A stretch of 64,000 nucleotides of DNA from Podarcis filfolensis (taxonomy: Eukaryota). How positions within the stretch are numbered: the stretch's first letter is position 1; each line of letters begins with the position of its first letter. The stretch lies in NCBI GenBank assembly GCA_964270895.1, contig OZ185436.1; one strand, written 5' to 3'. The notes under the pieces were generated by a model that saw only the letters and a list, made by a program, of their open reading frames with translations, was not told the DNA's origin and ran no database searches. Below are positions 11,701-23,739 of the stretch, in pieces. The position numbers were made by a program, and so were the translations under genes.

Positions 11701-14700
11701 TTGGCTGGTTTAGCACTGAAAGATGCAGGGATGGGGAATCACTGAAGGGAAAATATACTGATTAATATTGTTCTTTCATTAACTGGTGACTGTGTGGGAC
11801 ATTATAACCCTTGCTGATACTGCTAGTCTGCTTGCATGTGGTTGGACTTGCAGAGATCAGCATAGGCGTCAACCCAATCCTTATGTGAGTTTCAGGTTCC
11901 AGGCATGCTGAATAAGCACACCTGACACTTGAGAAGCCTCCAACAGTAAGCAGCCTATAAGGGGAAAATAGGAAATTATAGTGCCAGCTGTTTGCTGATT
12001 TCCTCACATAATAAACTATTTGCAGAGCATGCTTTTTATTATTCAATCAAGACATTTAACATGAAAATAAATGTGGGTTTATCAGTGCAAATCCTACCAT
12101 ATCTATTTAGAAGAGAGACTCATTGAGTTACTAGGACTCGCTCCTTAACTTTTTTGTGCTGCAATGCAGTCAGCAGAAAGAGTTCTAAAACACAAAACCA
12201 CTGAAAAACTAGCCGGCACTTCTGAACTTGTTGGTTCATATGCTATCCCTCCTATCTGACGCATCTTAATATAAAGCATCAGTTTCTTTCTGTTGGGCCA
12301 CTGGGCCGTGGCTGGACCTGTAGAGTAGATAAACTGTGTGAAGGAGTTCAAGTCTTTATCTTTCCCTTTCAGAAATTTCTCTTCTTTGTGCTGAAGAGTA
12401 GTGATGTCCTAGATATCCTGGTGCCAATTCTCTTCTTCCTGAACGATGCCAGGGCAGATCAGTGTAAGTTTGGTCTTGTCTTTTTCTCAATACTCAGGCT
12501 GATAAGGCTTGCTTCTGCATTCATTGTGATTGCTTGTGCAGTCACAGATACTGGAAATAACTTCATGGGTGTAGCGGTAGTTGGGTCCAGTTCAACTGAA
12601 GTGGTTGTGCCTAGAGAGTATGTGAGGCTGAAAAATGCTGTATTTCAATACAGCCCCCCACCACCCCGTCAGCTTTGACCCAATTTGATAATATAAGCTA
12701 CAGGAAGACATCCATACCCACTGTCTGCCCACTAGTATGTATGCAGCATGAGAAACCAGAATTATCAGTTTATAGTCATATAGCCATAGGCCATCATGAG
12801 CAGCCTTCCCCACTAATCTTAGTGTTCCTGTACTGCTCAGCTGGTGGCTCTGATTTGGAAGATCCAAAAGAATGGCTGGAAAAGCACAGGTCAGTGTGTT
12901 ACCATTAGAATATGTGAGAAGTGGGTTTGGTGTCTCCTGTTCACAGCATCCAAAAGCCAAACATCATTTAATCAAATGATACCCATGCTAATTTTCCTTG
13001 GCTCTTAGGTCATCAGCCATAAAGATTCTAGATGCAGAGGCAAGAGAGCTGAGTTAGGGCCACGCCAGATTAGACATGGGCAGACATGTCTGTTATTTTC
13101 ATGTGTAAAGCATGGGGGGAGGAGGGTTCAGGGCTTTTTTTTGTTTTCCTTAACATGGCAAGGCATTCACAGATGAATGGAGCTTAGCCATCTCTCATCC
13201 AACCTCACTACAGTGGTACCCCTGGTTAAGAACTTAATTTGTTCCGGAGGTCTGTTCTTAACCTGAAACCGTTCTTAACCTGAAGCACCACTTCAGCTAA
13301 TGGGGCCTCCTGCTGCCGCCGCGCCACTGCTGCATGATTTCTGTTCTCATCCTGAAGCAAAGTTCTTAACCCGAGGTACTACAGTATTTCTGGGTTAGCG
13401 GAGTCTGTAGCCTGAAGCGTCTGTAACCCGAGGTACCACTGTACATTGTTTTCAAGTATGTTTCTCTTCAGCTCTGCTCAGTGCCAGTATTGGAGCTGGA
13501 CTGGGAAAGAACCACTGCAGGCAGTGGAGCACTGTGAGGTAAGGCAGGATAGGGTTTAGCTCTTCACATTCATTTGGTGTTTTTTTTTTTTGTGCAAACA
13601 GGGTGTCTACCCACTCCCTGCTTTAAACATGTAAATATGTGTGGCTTCCCTGTCATATCTGGTTTGGGCCTCCCTCTCCTTTCTTCAGTACCCTTCTTGG
13701 AGTACATTCACAGCTCAATGTGCATTGGAGCACATTCACAAAATGAGCAGTCACACATTGCCCCATGACTTCTATAGGGAGCTGCCTTATACTGAGTAAG
13801 ATCATCAGCAGTCCATCTAGCTCAGCACTGCCTGCAGTGGCTGGGAGCAGCTTTCCAGAATTTCAAATAAGTGTTTCTCCCTGCCCTACCTGGAGATGCT
13901 GGGAATTAAAACTGCATGCACCGCAGATGCTCTACCACTGAGCTGTAGCCCTTTCCCCGTTAAACTACTTGGGTGTCAGCAGTGAAATGGGTCTGTTTTG
14001 ATCATGAGTTTCTTTAGGACCATTGCGCTGAACAGTAGCGGAGTTGCTGTGTGGAAGATTCTTCTACAAAATTATTTGCGTTATCTCCGTTAGTTGATTG
14101 AACGTCAACACTGTTCTTCTTTTTACAGCACGAGTTGGGCTTATGCATATCGGCGTCTTCATCCTACTGCTGCTGAGTGGAGAGAGAAATTTTGGGGTTC
14201 GGCTGAACAAGCCGTACTCCGTTCGAGTACCAATGGATATCCCTGTATTTACAGGGACACACGCGGATCTCCTGATCATTGTGAGTGTCGCAGTTACCAG
14301 CCGTGCCCGTTGCTCATCCACACTTCCGTTTTCCCAAGGAAACCCACAGTTTAATTAGAACAAATGGCAATTGGGTTTTCCATGGATTGTCGTCTATTCC
14401 AATTTAGCACTAAAGAGCCTGTTTTTTGGGGGGAAAGCGGCAGGGAAAACAGACCACCACTCAGAATCCTGCCTAGAAAACACAGGACGAGTGGAAGTGT
14501 ATATGAGCCCCGTGTCTTGCTAATCAGAAATATTGTATTTTAGGAGAAATGGGCAGGAATTTTGTGAACTGCTTCATGGTCAACTTATAGAATTTCACAT
14601 GCTACATTTGCTCTTCAGTGGTGGCAACAGCCAGCACAGGAGTAACATGATAATTCTGTCTGCACCTGTTCATTGCCACTTTCATTCTGTGTTCCAGGTC

Positions 14701-17700
14701 TTTCATAAGATCATCACCAGTGGGCACCAGAGGCTGCAGCCCCTCTTTGACTGCCTCCTTACTATCATTGTGAATGGTAAGTTGCCAGAGTGAACTGTAT
14801 TGAAATGCTTACTTAGTTATGGAGATTTATGTTTAAAGAATTAAATGCTTAAAATTCTACAAGGAAGGTTCAAGCAGTATATGGACCGAGAACTCCCAGA
14901 AGTGCAAGCTGGATTTAGAAGAGGCAGAGGAACCAGAGACCAAATTGCAAACATGCGCTGGATTATGGAGAAAGCTAGAGAGTTCCAGAAAGACATCTAC
15001 TTTTGCTTCATTGTCTATGCAAAAGCCTTTGACTGTGTCGACCACAGCAAACTATGGCAAGTTCTTAAAGAAATGGGAGTGCCTGATCACCTTATCTGTC
15101 TCCTGAGAAATCTCTATGTGGGACAAGAAGCTACAGTTAGAACTGGATATGGAACAACTGATTGGTTCAAAATTGGGAAAGGAGTACGGCAAGGCTGTAT
15201 ATTGTCTCCCTGCTTATTTAACTTATATGCAGAATTCATCATGCGAAAGGCTGGGCTGGATGAATCCCAAGCCGGAATTAAGATTGCCGGAAGAAATATC
15301 AACAACCACAGATATGCAGATTAAATAACCTTGACGGCAGAAAGTGAGGAGGAATTACAGAACCTTTTAATGACCGTGAAAGAGGAGAGCGCAAAATATG
15401 GTCTGAAGCTCAACATCAAGAAAACAAAGATCATGGCCACTGGGCCCATCACCTCCTGGCAAATAGAAGGGGAAGAAATGGAGGCAGTGAGAGATTTTAC
15501 TTTCTTGGGCTCCATGATCACTGCAGATGGTGACAGCAGTCACGAAATTAAAAGACGCCTGCTCCTTGGGAGAAAGGCGATGGCAAACCTAGACAGCATC
15601 TTAAAAAGCAGAGACATCACCTTGTCAACAAAGGTCCGTATAGTTAAAGCCATGGTTTTCCCAGTAGTGATGTATGGAAGTGAGAGCTGGACCATAAAGA
15701 AGGCTGATCGCTGAAGAATTGATGCTTTTGAATTATGGTGCTGGAGGAGACTCTTGAGAGTCCCATGGACTGCAAGAAGATCAAACACATCCATTCTTAA
15801 GGAAATTAGCCCTGAGTTCTCACTGGAAGGACAGATCGTGAAGCTGAGGCTCCAATACTTTGGCCACCTCATGAGAAGAGAAGACTCCCTGGAAAAGACC
15901 CTGATGTTGGGAAAGATTGAGGGCACAAGGAGAAGGGGACGACAGAGGACGAGATGGTTGGACAGTGTTCTCGAAGCTACAAACATGAGTCTGACCAAAC
16001 TGCGGGAGACAGTGGAAGACAGAAGTGCCTGGCGTGCTCTGGTCCAGGGGGTCACGAAGAGTCGGACACGACTAAACGACTAAACAACAACATGTTTAAA
16101 TCAACAACCTCCCCACAAAAGAAACCTTTGGTAGTATAATAGTCCAGCAGCGTTTCTCTTGACATCTGAAGGAACAGACAGCTGCTGGTATCCTGCAAAA
16201 CAGATTGTTGGGTTTTGGCATGTGGTGGAGCTAACCTTCCCTTCCCTCTTCTGTGTCCCCTTAAATCAGCTTCATGGCGAGAGAAGAGGGAGGGGAAGTT
16301 ATGTTGTGCAGCCAAAAGAGCTTGCACTAGTGGAACTGTTTAGTTGGATGGCACCCAATATATGCAGATGTTATTTCTGGAAATCTTCATTCTAGTTCCT
16401 TAAACTCAGTCGGAGAAGACCATTGTGAGTGCAACGGTTGGGAAATGTTCATTGAGTTATTTTGTGCATTTTTCTTACTCTCGTTTGAGGCACAACCTAG
16501 TTTGTGTCAATCTGTACAATAAGCATTGAAGGAATTTTATGTGGAGCTGAGGAAATGGCGCAATACCGTCTCCACTGCAGTAGATGGCATTGGCTTCCTT
16601 CGCTAACAATATGCAGTCACTTAGAATCAAGATTTGTTTCATATTAAGGGAAACCTGTAGCATTTTTTGGAGCTGCCTTTTCATAATTGACTTAATTTTT
16701 CTTTACTAGCTCTTGTATCCTGTTACAGGATTTTGTTCCAAATATATTAACCATTTTAACAAATTTTTAAAACACAATAAGGTAGTGTCTGATCAGATTT
16801 CCTTTATTTTACAAGGCCCCATATGGAGCACGTATCTCCTAATTCTGAAGGTAACAGCTATGGAACCCTGTGTAACGAGGCACTGCAGTTTGCCTTTCCC
16901 TTTATGGAACATACATAAAACCCCTAAACTAGTTTTCAAGATATGAGGCAAACTTCAACAAAGTTTCCTGCTTCACCTTTTCCTAGAATTAGATGTAAAC
17001 TTATTTATTTTTATTTAAGGTATTACATTGCTCCCTGTTACAACCATGACTCAAACATCACAAAAGACTGAGTGAACTAGTAAATAGGTCCCTTCCCAAA
17101 ACTCACCCCTACTGTGAAGCCTTTGGTTTAATCCTCACCTCCTGCAGTAATTTAGGATGTATAATAACATTTGTTCACATCCATCCTCTGCTGGCTTTAC
17201 CTGCCCCATGCACCTTCCCCANNNNNNNNNNNNNNNNNNNNNNNNNNNNNNNNNNNNNNNNNNNNNNNNNNNNNNNNNNNNNNNNNNNNNNNNNNNNNNN
17301 NNNNNNNNNNNNNNNNNNNNNNNNNNNNNNNNNNNNNNNNNNNNNNNNNNNNNNNNNNNNNNNNNNNNNGCTGAAGGTAAGCAATCATAAAGGGAATTAC
17401 TGTCACCCTAATTTTTCCCCCCTTCTTCCAGTATCTCCGTACTTGAAGTCTCTTTCCATGGTAGCTGCTAACAAACTGCTGCACTTGTTGGAAGCTTTTT
17501 CAACCACCTGGTTCCTCTTCTCCAGTGTCCAGAACCACCACCTTGTCTTCTTTTTGCTGGAAGTTTTCAATAATATCATTCAATATCAGTTTGATGGTGA
17601 GTAGCTGCTAAACAATAAGCCGGCCCAATACCCCTTTCTGATGACATGCCAAGAATGAAGAAAATGTATTACTCTAAGCACAGTCATAATAAAAAGTGTT

Positions 17701-20190
17701 GTCGGTCCCCCCTCCCCCCCATGGCAACTAGACATTCTGTTTTGGCACCCACAACCCAGGTCCCAGAAGTCATTTGGCTTCCATCTTTTCTATCCCAGTT
17801 TCTAACACTGCTTTTGATCCATGTCACTATAGTTTCCATTTTATGCACTGGGCACTAAGGCTGAGAGCAGCAACTAGGCCAAAGTCTCAGTAACTTGGTA
17901 GCCAAGCAAGAAAGCAAATTCAAGTCCAGATCCTGCATTCTGCTCACTAGGCTCCCACTTCCTTCTCCTCTGTTATTGATCTTAAGTAATTTCTTAGCAT
18001 TGCCAATTGGGTACCCTGTAAACAACTCAAGAACTGTGCTTTTGCTTTGTGGACTAATTTATTTTCCTAGCGGTAAGATAGGAGAAGGTAAGGAAAGGTG
18101 TTCTTGATACAGGACTGTAAGTAGCATACAGCCTCCCAGGCTTATTTGTAGGTCTTTTTCACTGCAAATAAAATTACTTAATCATGTTTTTTCTCCCTTC
18201 TGCTGCTGTGATTTCCTAGGCAATTCCAACTTGGTCTATGCCATTATCCGCAAGCGAAATGTGTTCCATCAGTTGGCCAATCTGCCTACTGACTTGCAGT
18301 CCATCCAGAGAGCTTTGCAGCGCAAAAAGAAAGCTCCCGAACCTATATCTCGCACCAACTCTCAGGACGGAATGTCCATGGAAGGATCTCGACCGGCTGC
18401 ACCTGCTGAGCCCGGGACGCTAAAGGCCAGCTTGGTAGCAACTCCAGGTCAGTCTAACCTTTATTGTTGTATAGTTGCTTAAATAAAATGTGAGTTCAGT
18501 TCAAGATGATGAATTGGATCAATCTTCGACATCTTTCCTGATGATGAAGATTATTTAGGGAAAGAACTTAAGCTCCGTGTTATGAAATGGCTTTGTCAGC
18601 CAGGATATTGTCATAGAACCATTGCCAGGATATTGTCAGCCAGGATATTGCCATAGAACCCTCATTTGAACCGGGCTGTTTTGTAGCTACCCACAAACGA
18701 TCAGATGTTCACTTCTTGGTTTCCTAGTCCCTAAGCTTAATTCAGTTACCGGGGTACTTCCCTACCCCGCCCCCATCATAGTTCTCCTTTTTCTAGAAAG
18801 AGGTGCTTTCTGCTTTGAAAAATTGGTGGGAAATTATCTAGCAAGATTTATATAACATTAAAATTACCGATAAAATCAGATGTTAGCCTTAAAATTTTCA
18901 AAACAAAACCGACAGTTAAAAAAATATACATTATAAAATACAATTGCGTGTTAAAACAGATGTCAGATTTACATGTCTTGATAATGTCGGTTTAAACATA
19001 AGCAAGAAGAATGTACTTAACAGAGAGGCAAGTACTGGGAGTTGCATCATTTGGTCAAAGTTATATTGTTGACCTCCTCCGAGCCTTGCTTGGTTTCCTC
19101 TTAATGCTGTCTTCCAAATTCAGGTATTGACAAGCTCACTGAGAAAGCCCAGGTGTCTGAAGATGGGACGATGCGCTCCCTGGAGCCAGAGTCTGCGCAG
19201 TCTGCAGCACAAGGCAACCCCCCTGGCGTTATCAGTGATACAGAATCTTGGAGTGGGGTACGGCTACATGTTGCTCTTGTGCTTGGACACATTCTGATTA
19301 TTATTGTCTAAACTTGCATAGCTAGTAGTTGTAATACAGGTACTGAATAACAATATCTAGGGTAGGAGTTCTCAAACTACACTGGTACCTCTGGTTAAGA
19401 ACTTAATTCGTTCTGGAGGTCCGTTCTTAACCTGAAACTGTTCTTAACCTGAGGTACCACTTTAGCTAACGGGGCCTCCTGCTGCTGCCGCGCCGCCGGA
19501 GCACGATTTCTGTTCCCATCCTGAAGCAAAGTTCTTAACCTGAGGTACTATTTCTGGGTTAGCGGGGTCTGTAACCTGAAGTGTTTGTAACCTGAGGTAC
19601 CACTGTATGGTCCTACAACCATGAGCTTCATTCAGATGGTATGTCTGTTTGTGGTTGAAGGGACGAGACTTCCATCTTCTTAAACATTCTTAATGATATT
19701 TAATGGTATTGTTGTTGCACCTATTATTTCTTATATTGTATTTTATTGTACAAAAACAACAACGGTGGACTCTCCTTTGTGGAGTTTTTAAAGGAGAGGT
19801 TGGATGGCCATTGGTCATGGATGATCTAGTTGAGATGCCTGCATTGCAGGGGATTTTACAAGATGACCCTTGAGGGTAGCTTCCAACTCTACCATTCTAT
19901 GATTGCATTATAATTTGAATTGCATAGAATTAAAATTTTAATATGGCATAGAAGAAATAAAAGAAGCAATGAAAACACCATTGAGGAAACCATACAGTAT
20001 CTAGCATAGCACATTACAATTTCTACAGCAAGAAAAATCATTAAGTGGTCCATTAAGTCTCTCAGCCATTTTCAAGTGGTCTGGGGGTGGGGGGAGTTTG
20101 GGATCCACTGATCTAGTGCTATCCTTGATGCAGTTCAAGGACCCTGTTGCCCTTGGCATTAAATCCACTAAAGCACATTTGGTAAAGTGC

Positions 20191-20231
<41 letters not shown>

Positions 20232-23200
20232 AAATGAGGTGATCCAAAATGGGTTTCTTACATATTGCAGTTAGGAGTCTGCCTTTTTCTCATCTACAGA
20301 GAAGTTGGTGGCGTTTCAGATCCATACTTTAAACCCGAGTAATTCTTTTATCAGCAGGACAAATCTAGCAAGTATCTCCGTTTAACACACTGCTGTGTAG
20401 ATCGAATAGAATTATGCTGCTCTTAAAACATCAGTTTTGTGGACATTTGCTGATGACAGGGTTACGGTTCTCATGCTCTGGGGATGGGGGAGGGCATAAA
20501 CAGGGGCCCCAAACAGGTATTTTCATGGATTGATTTGTGGAAACTTTATTGGGGGTGTCCGGGAGTCTACATACCATAAAGTTAATGTGCCTGTAAATAA
20601 CGCTGGATTGTGTTATCACTTTATGGCGACAATAAATAAATCCTGGAGGCAAAAAAGATAGAGAGCCAGATCATCTTGTACCTTGTTTGCTTCCAGATAA
20701 AAAACAACTCAGTACATAACACAGCATTACACTTCTGTTGGTTTAGAGCTCAGTATAGTGTTTCCAGAGATGAATGGTATCAGTGAGGAGTTTTTGCAAC
20801 TGCCCACTTAGACGTACCTGGAAGTGGATGCTACACTGCAGCTTTGTCCTGCAGCTTTTATTGGGGCTTAAGTGTAGAGTGGTCTGATGTCCAGCACAAA
20901 GGCCCTACGACCACACAGGAAATGATATGAGCTGAAGGTCTCCTGTTAACAAATTTGGTTCAGTATAGTCAGTGACTATCCATGATGCACACAGCTGCTA
21001 GATTTCTTGACCTTAGAGGTGAAGAATACAAGCCCTTGGTCAAGAGAGGTGAGAGCTGAATGCATCCACAGTCCCACTGCCCACACCATCTAAGGCAGAA
21101 AGTGGGGGTGCTGTGCCAGCTCACAGATTGGCACTGAGAAGAGGTCTAGATTGGGCCTGTTTCTATAACAGTAGCAGGGCTGGTTCAGGATCTGCTGGAT
21201 CCTGTGCCAGCTCAGCTCTCTCCCCCTCCCCACCCACCCCATGCCCTGTTTCTAGAATTTCTGCTGGCTTCTGCTTGTAGCAATACCACCAGGAATAGAT
21301 TCTGCACTCAGTTTGAGGGAGTACACTGGGGCACGTCTTGCTGGTTGAGCTCCTCCTCTGGCGGAGGCCAGCAGATTTCTACCTCTTCCAAACCCTCTTC
21401 AGCACAGCAAATCAGGGGCATAGATTGCTATGCCCATCTGGAATGGCTAACCTCCAAATGCGAAAAACTGCAGTAAAAAAACCCCCAAAATTAATGAAAA
21501 GGAATATGTTGGGGAAATTTGCATTTGCTCCCCTCCCCCCTAGTCTTTCTCATGTACTGTACTTACTTTTCATGCTTTATTCTCCCACTTGACCGGCATC
21601 TAAGTAATATTTGCATTAGTCAGGCAGCAGTGTGGTTTAGATGAGTTGGTGAGCGATACGGTTGTGTCCATTTTTCTTAGGAATCATTGCAGCCCCGGCG
21701 AGAGCGACGGCGTCAGTCCAGTGCATCCTCAGTTGGGCAGTGGAATCCAACTCCTGAATGGGTGAGAGGAGCCTGTGCTCCATGATTCCTTTTTCTCGCA
21801 CTCCCTATTGATTCAGCAGGAGCTGAACTGGGGCTGCTCTTAGTCAGTTAAAGTAAACAGGCGGTGATTAAGTAAAATGCTATGTGCATTAGAGCAGATG
21901 CCCACCCTGAGCCCTTTTTACAGCAAGTGTGATGCATTGGGGGGGGGGGGGGAGGATGTGTGCTTGTTCCAAAGTGATGAAGCAGCATTCTCCTGCCACC
22001 TGGACCTGAGCAGAGAGGCACTGCAAAGAACAGCAAGCAGGTGCTACACTTTTCATCCCTCATTAGGGGTCACTATAGTTTCTGGTCCAGCTCCATTGCT
22101 CCCATCATTGCCTAATGAAGCAGGGATTATAATGAACTACATGCGATAAAAAGCTTTTAATATCAAAATTATTAATAGTTAAGCAGTCTTTCTTAGCTTT
22201 TAAGTCTACGTGATTCTTTCTGTCTGTGGAAGGGTGGGTTGCTGTGTGTTCATACTAAATGACAAGAGGATTTATCGCTGGGGTGGCCTGTGGCTTCCTC
22301 TGTCTCTGTAGGGACAGAGTACAGTGGTACCTTGGTTCTTGAACTCAATCCGTTCTGGAAGTCCATTCGACTTCCATAATGTTCAAAAACCAAGGCACGG
22401 CTTCGGAAACAATGCCGACAGCAGAAACGGATGTTCAGCTTCCGAAAAATGTTCGCAAACCGGAACACTTACTTCTGGGTTTGAGGCATTCAGGAGCCAA
22501 TTTGTTCGTCAGCTAAGCTGTTCGGGAACCAAGGTACCACTGTACTCTTTTTGCAGAAACCTACAGTGTTCAGAGCTTGTGTGGTTGTGTTTGAAGACTT
22601 AATTCTCTTATAGAAAATAATTAATAAAGCATTCACAGAACCCCTGCCTATGTTCTTGTGGCATGGGCGGGGGGGGGGGGGACTTGGAAGTTCCTTTTGT
22701 AGGTGCATACTCTAATGTTCCTAGTGTTCCTGTTAAGGACAGCCTAGTTTGATATACTTGACATATTCTACATGAATATGTTCATCTGTACGCTCTCTGA
22801 GTTTTATCTTCTACTCCTTTTCTTTGTAGGTAGTATCTTGGAAGTCAAAGCTGCCCCTACAGACAATCATGAGGCTTTTACAGGTCTTGGTCCCCCAGGT
22901 AGAGAAGATTTGCATTGACAAGTAAGTGTCTGTGGTCCTTTGAATATTTGGGGGCGGGGCCAGAGGGGAGTTGTAAAGTGATATGAATTATAAAGAAGTC
23001 ACTACTGTGATGATCAGGACATGCCCTCTGCTCACTTTTCTATAGGAGTTTGGGTAATATCAAATTTGGCAATAATTACCCAAAGTACATCCTGTCCCAA
23101 TCATCAGAAAGAAGTCTATCTTTATTGACTCAATGTATGGGGCTCTGCACTTGTGCAAAGCCCAGCTTTGAGGCTATTCAAAGATCTGTTACGAGCTTGC

Positions 23201-23686
23201 ACATGCAAACCTTCCCCTCAAGAGTTTGTTGTTGTCGTTTACCTAATGCATGGCGGGAACATCTTCTTGCTAAATTCTTTTAACTGTGGTAATACAATAA
23301 ATTTCATTTGTTCATCACCTTATGCAGGTCTTAACGCGAATTGCAGTGAGAGATACAGTTCTAATACAAACTTTCCATTAAAAAAATAGTCACACAACAA
23401 CAAACACTAAAACTAATCATACACTATGGTTCCGATAATAATAAGAAATCCTATACCCACAATAACATCAGCATGGTCACCATTAAAATTAGCCAGCAGC
23501 AACTCAAGGGTGTTCTCTGAAGATCTCTGGAACACCCTCCCACCAGATGTCAAGGAGAACAACAACTACCAGACTTTTAGAAGACATCTGAAGGCAGCCC
23601 TGTTTAGGGAAGCTTTTAATGTTTGATGTATTACTGTATTTTAATATTTGGTTGGAAGCCGCCCAGAGTGGCTGGGGTATAAATAA

Positions 23687-23739
<53 letters not shown>

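Noticed and set aside
13900-13958. tRNA-like A-box sequence
   Set aside because: It is a SINE head with no complete cloverleaf. The same applies to the Sauria SINE heads.
15540-16055. 171-aa antisense ORF, and similar ORFs at 7000-7281
   Set aside because: These are shadow frames of BovB sequence.
18595-18660. Short imperfect tandem repeat gccaggatattg x3
   Set aside because: It looks like local slippage in an intron, with no splice signal or structure.
21204-21476. Possible extra HID1 exon in the 90-aa ORF
   Set aside because: No similarity to HID1, and the flanking exons already join in frame.
23390-23511. A/C-rich stretch resembling mitochondrial DNA (possible NUMT) or a 5' inversion of the adjacent L2
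   Set aside because: No frame resembles a mitochondrial or L2 protein. Composition alone is insufficient; BLASTN against the mitogenome would settle it.
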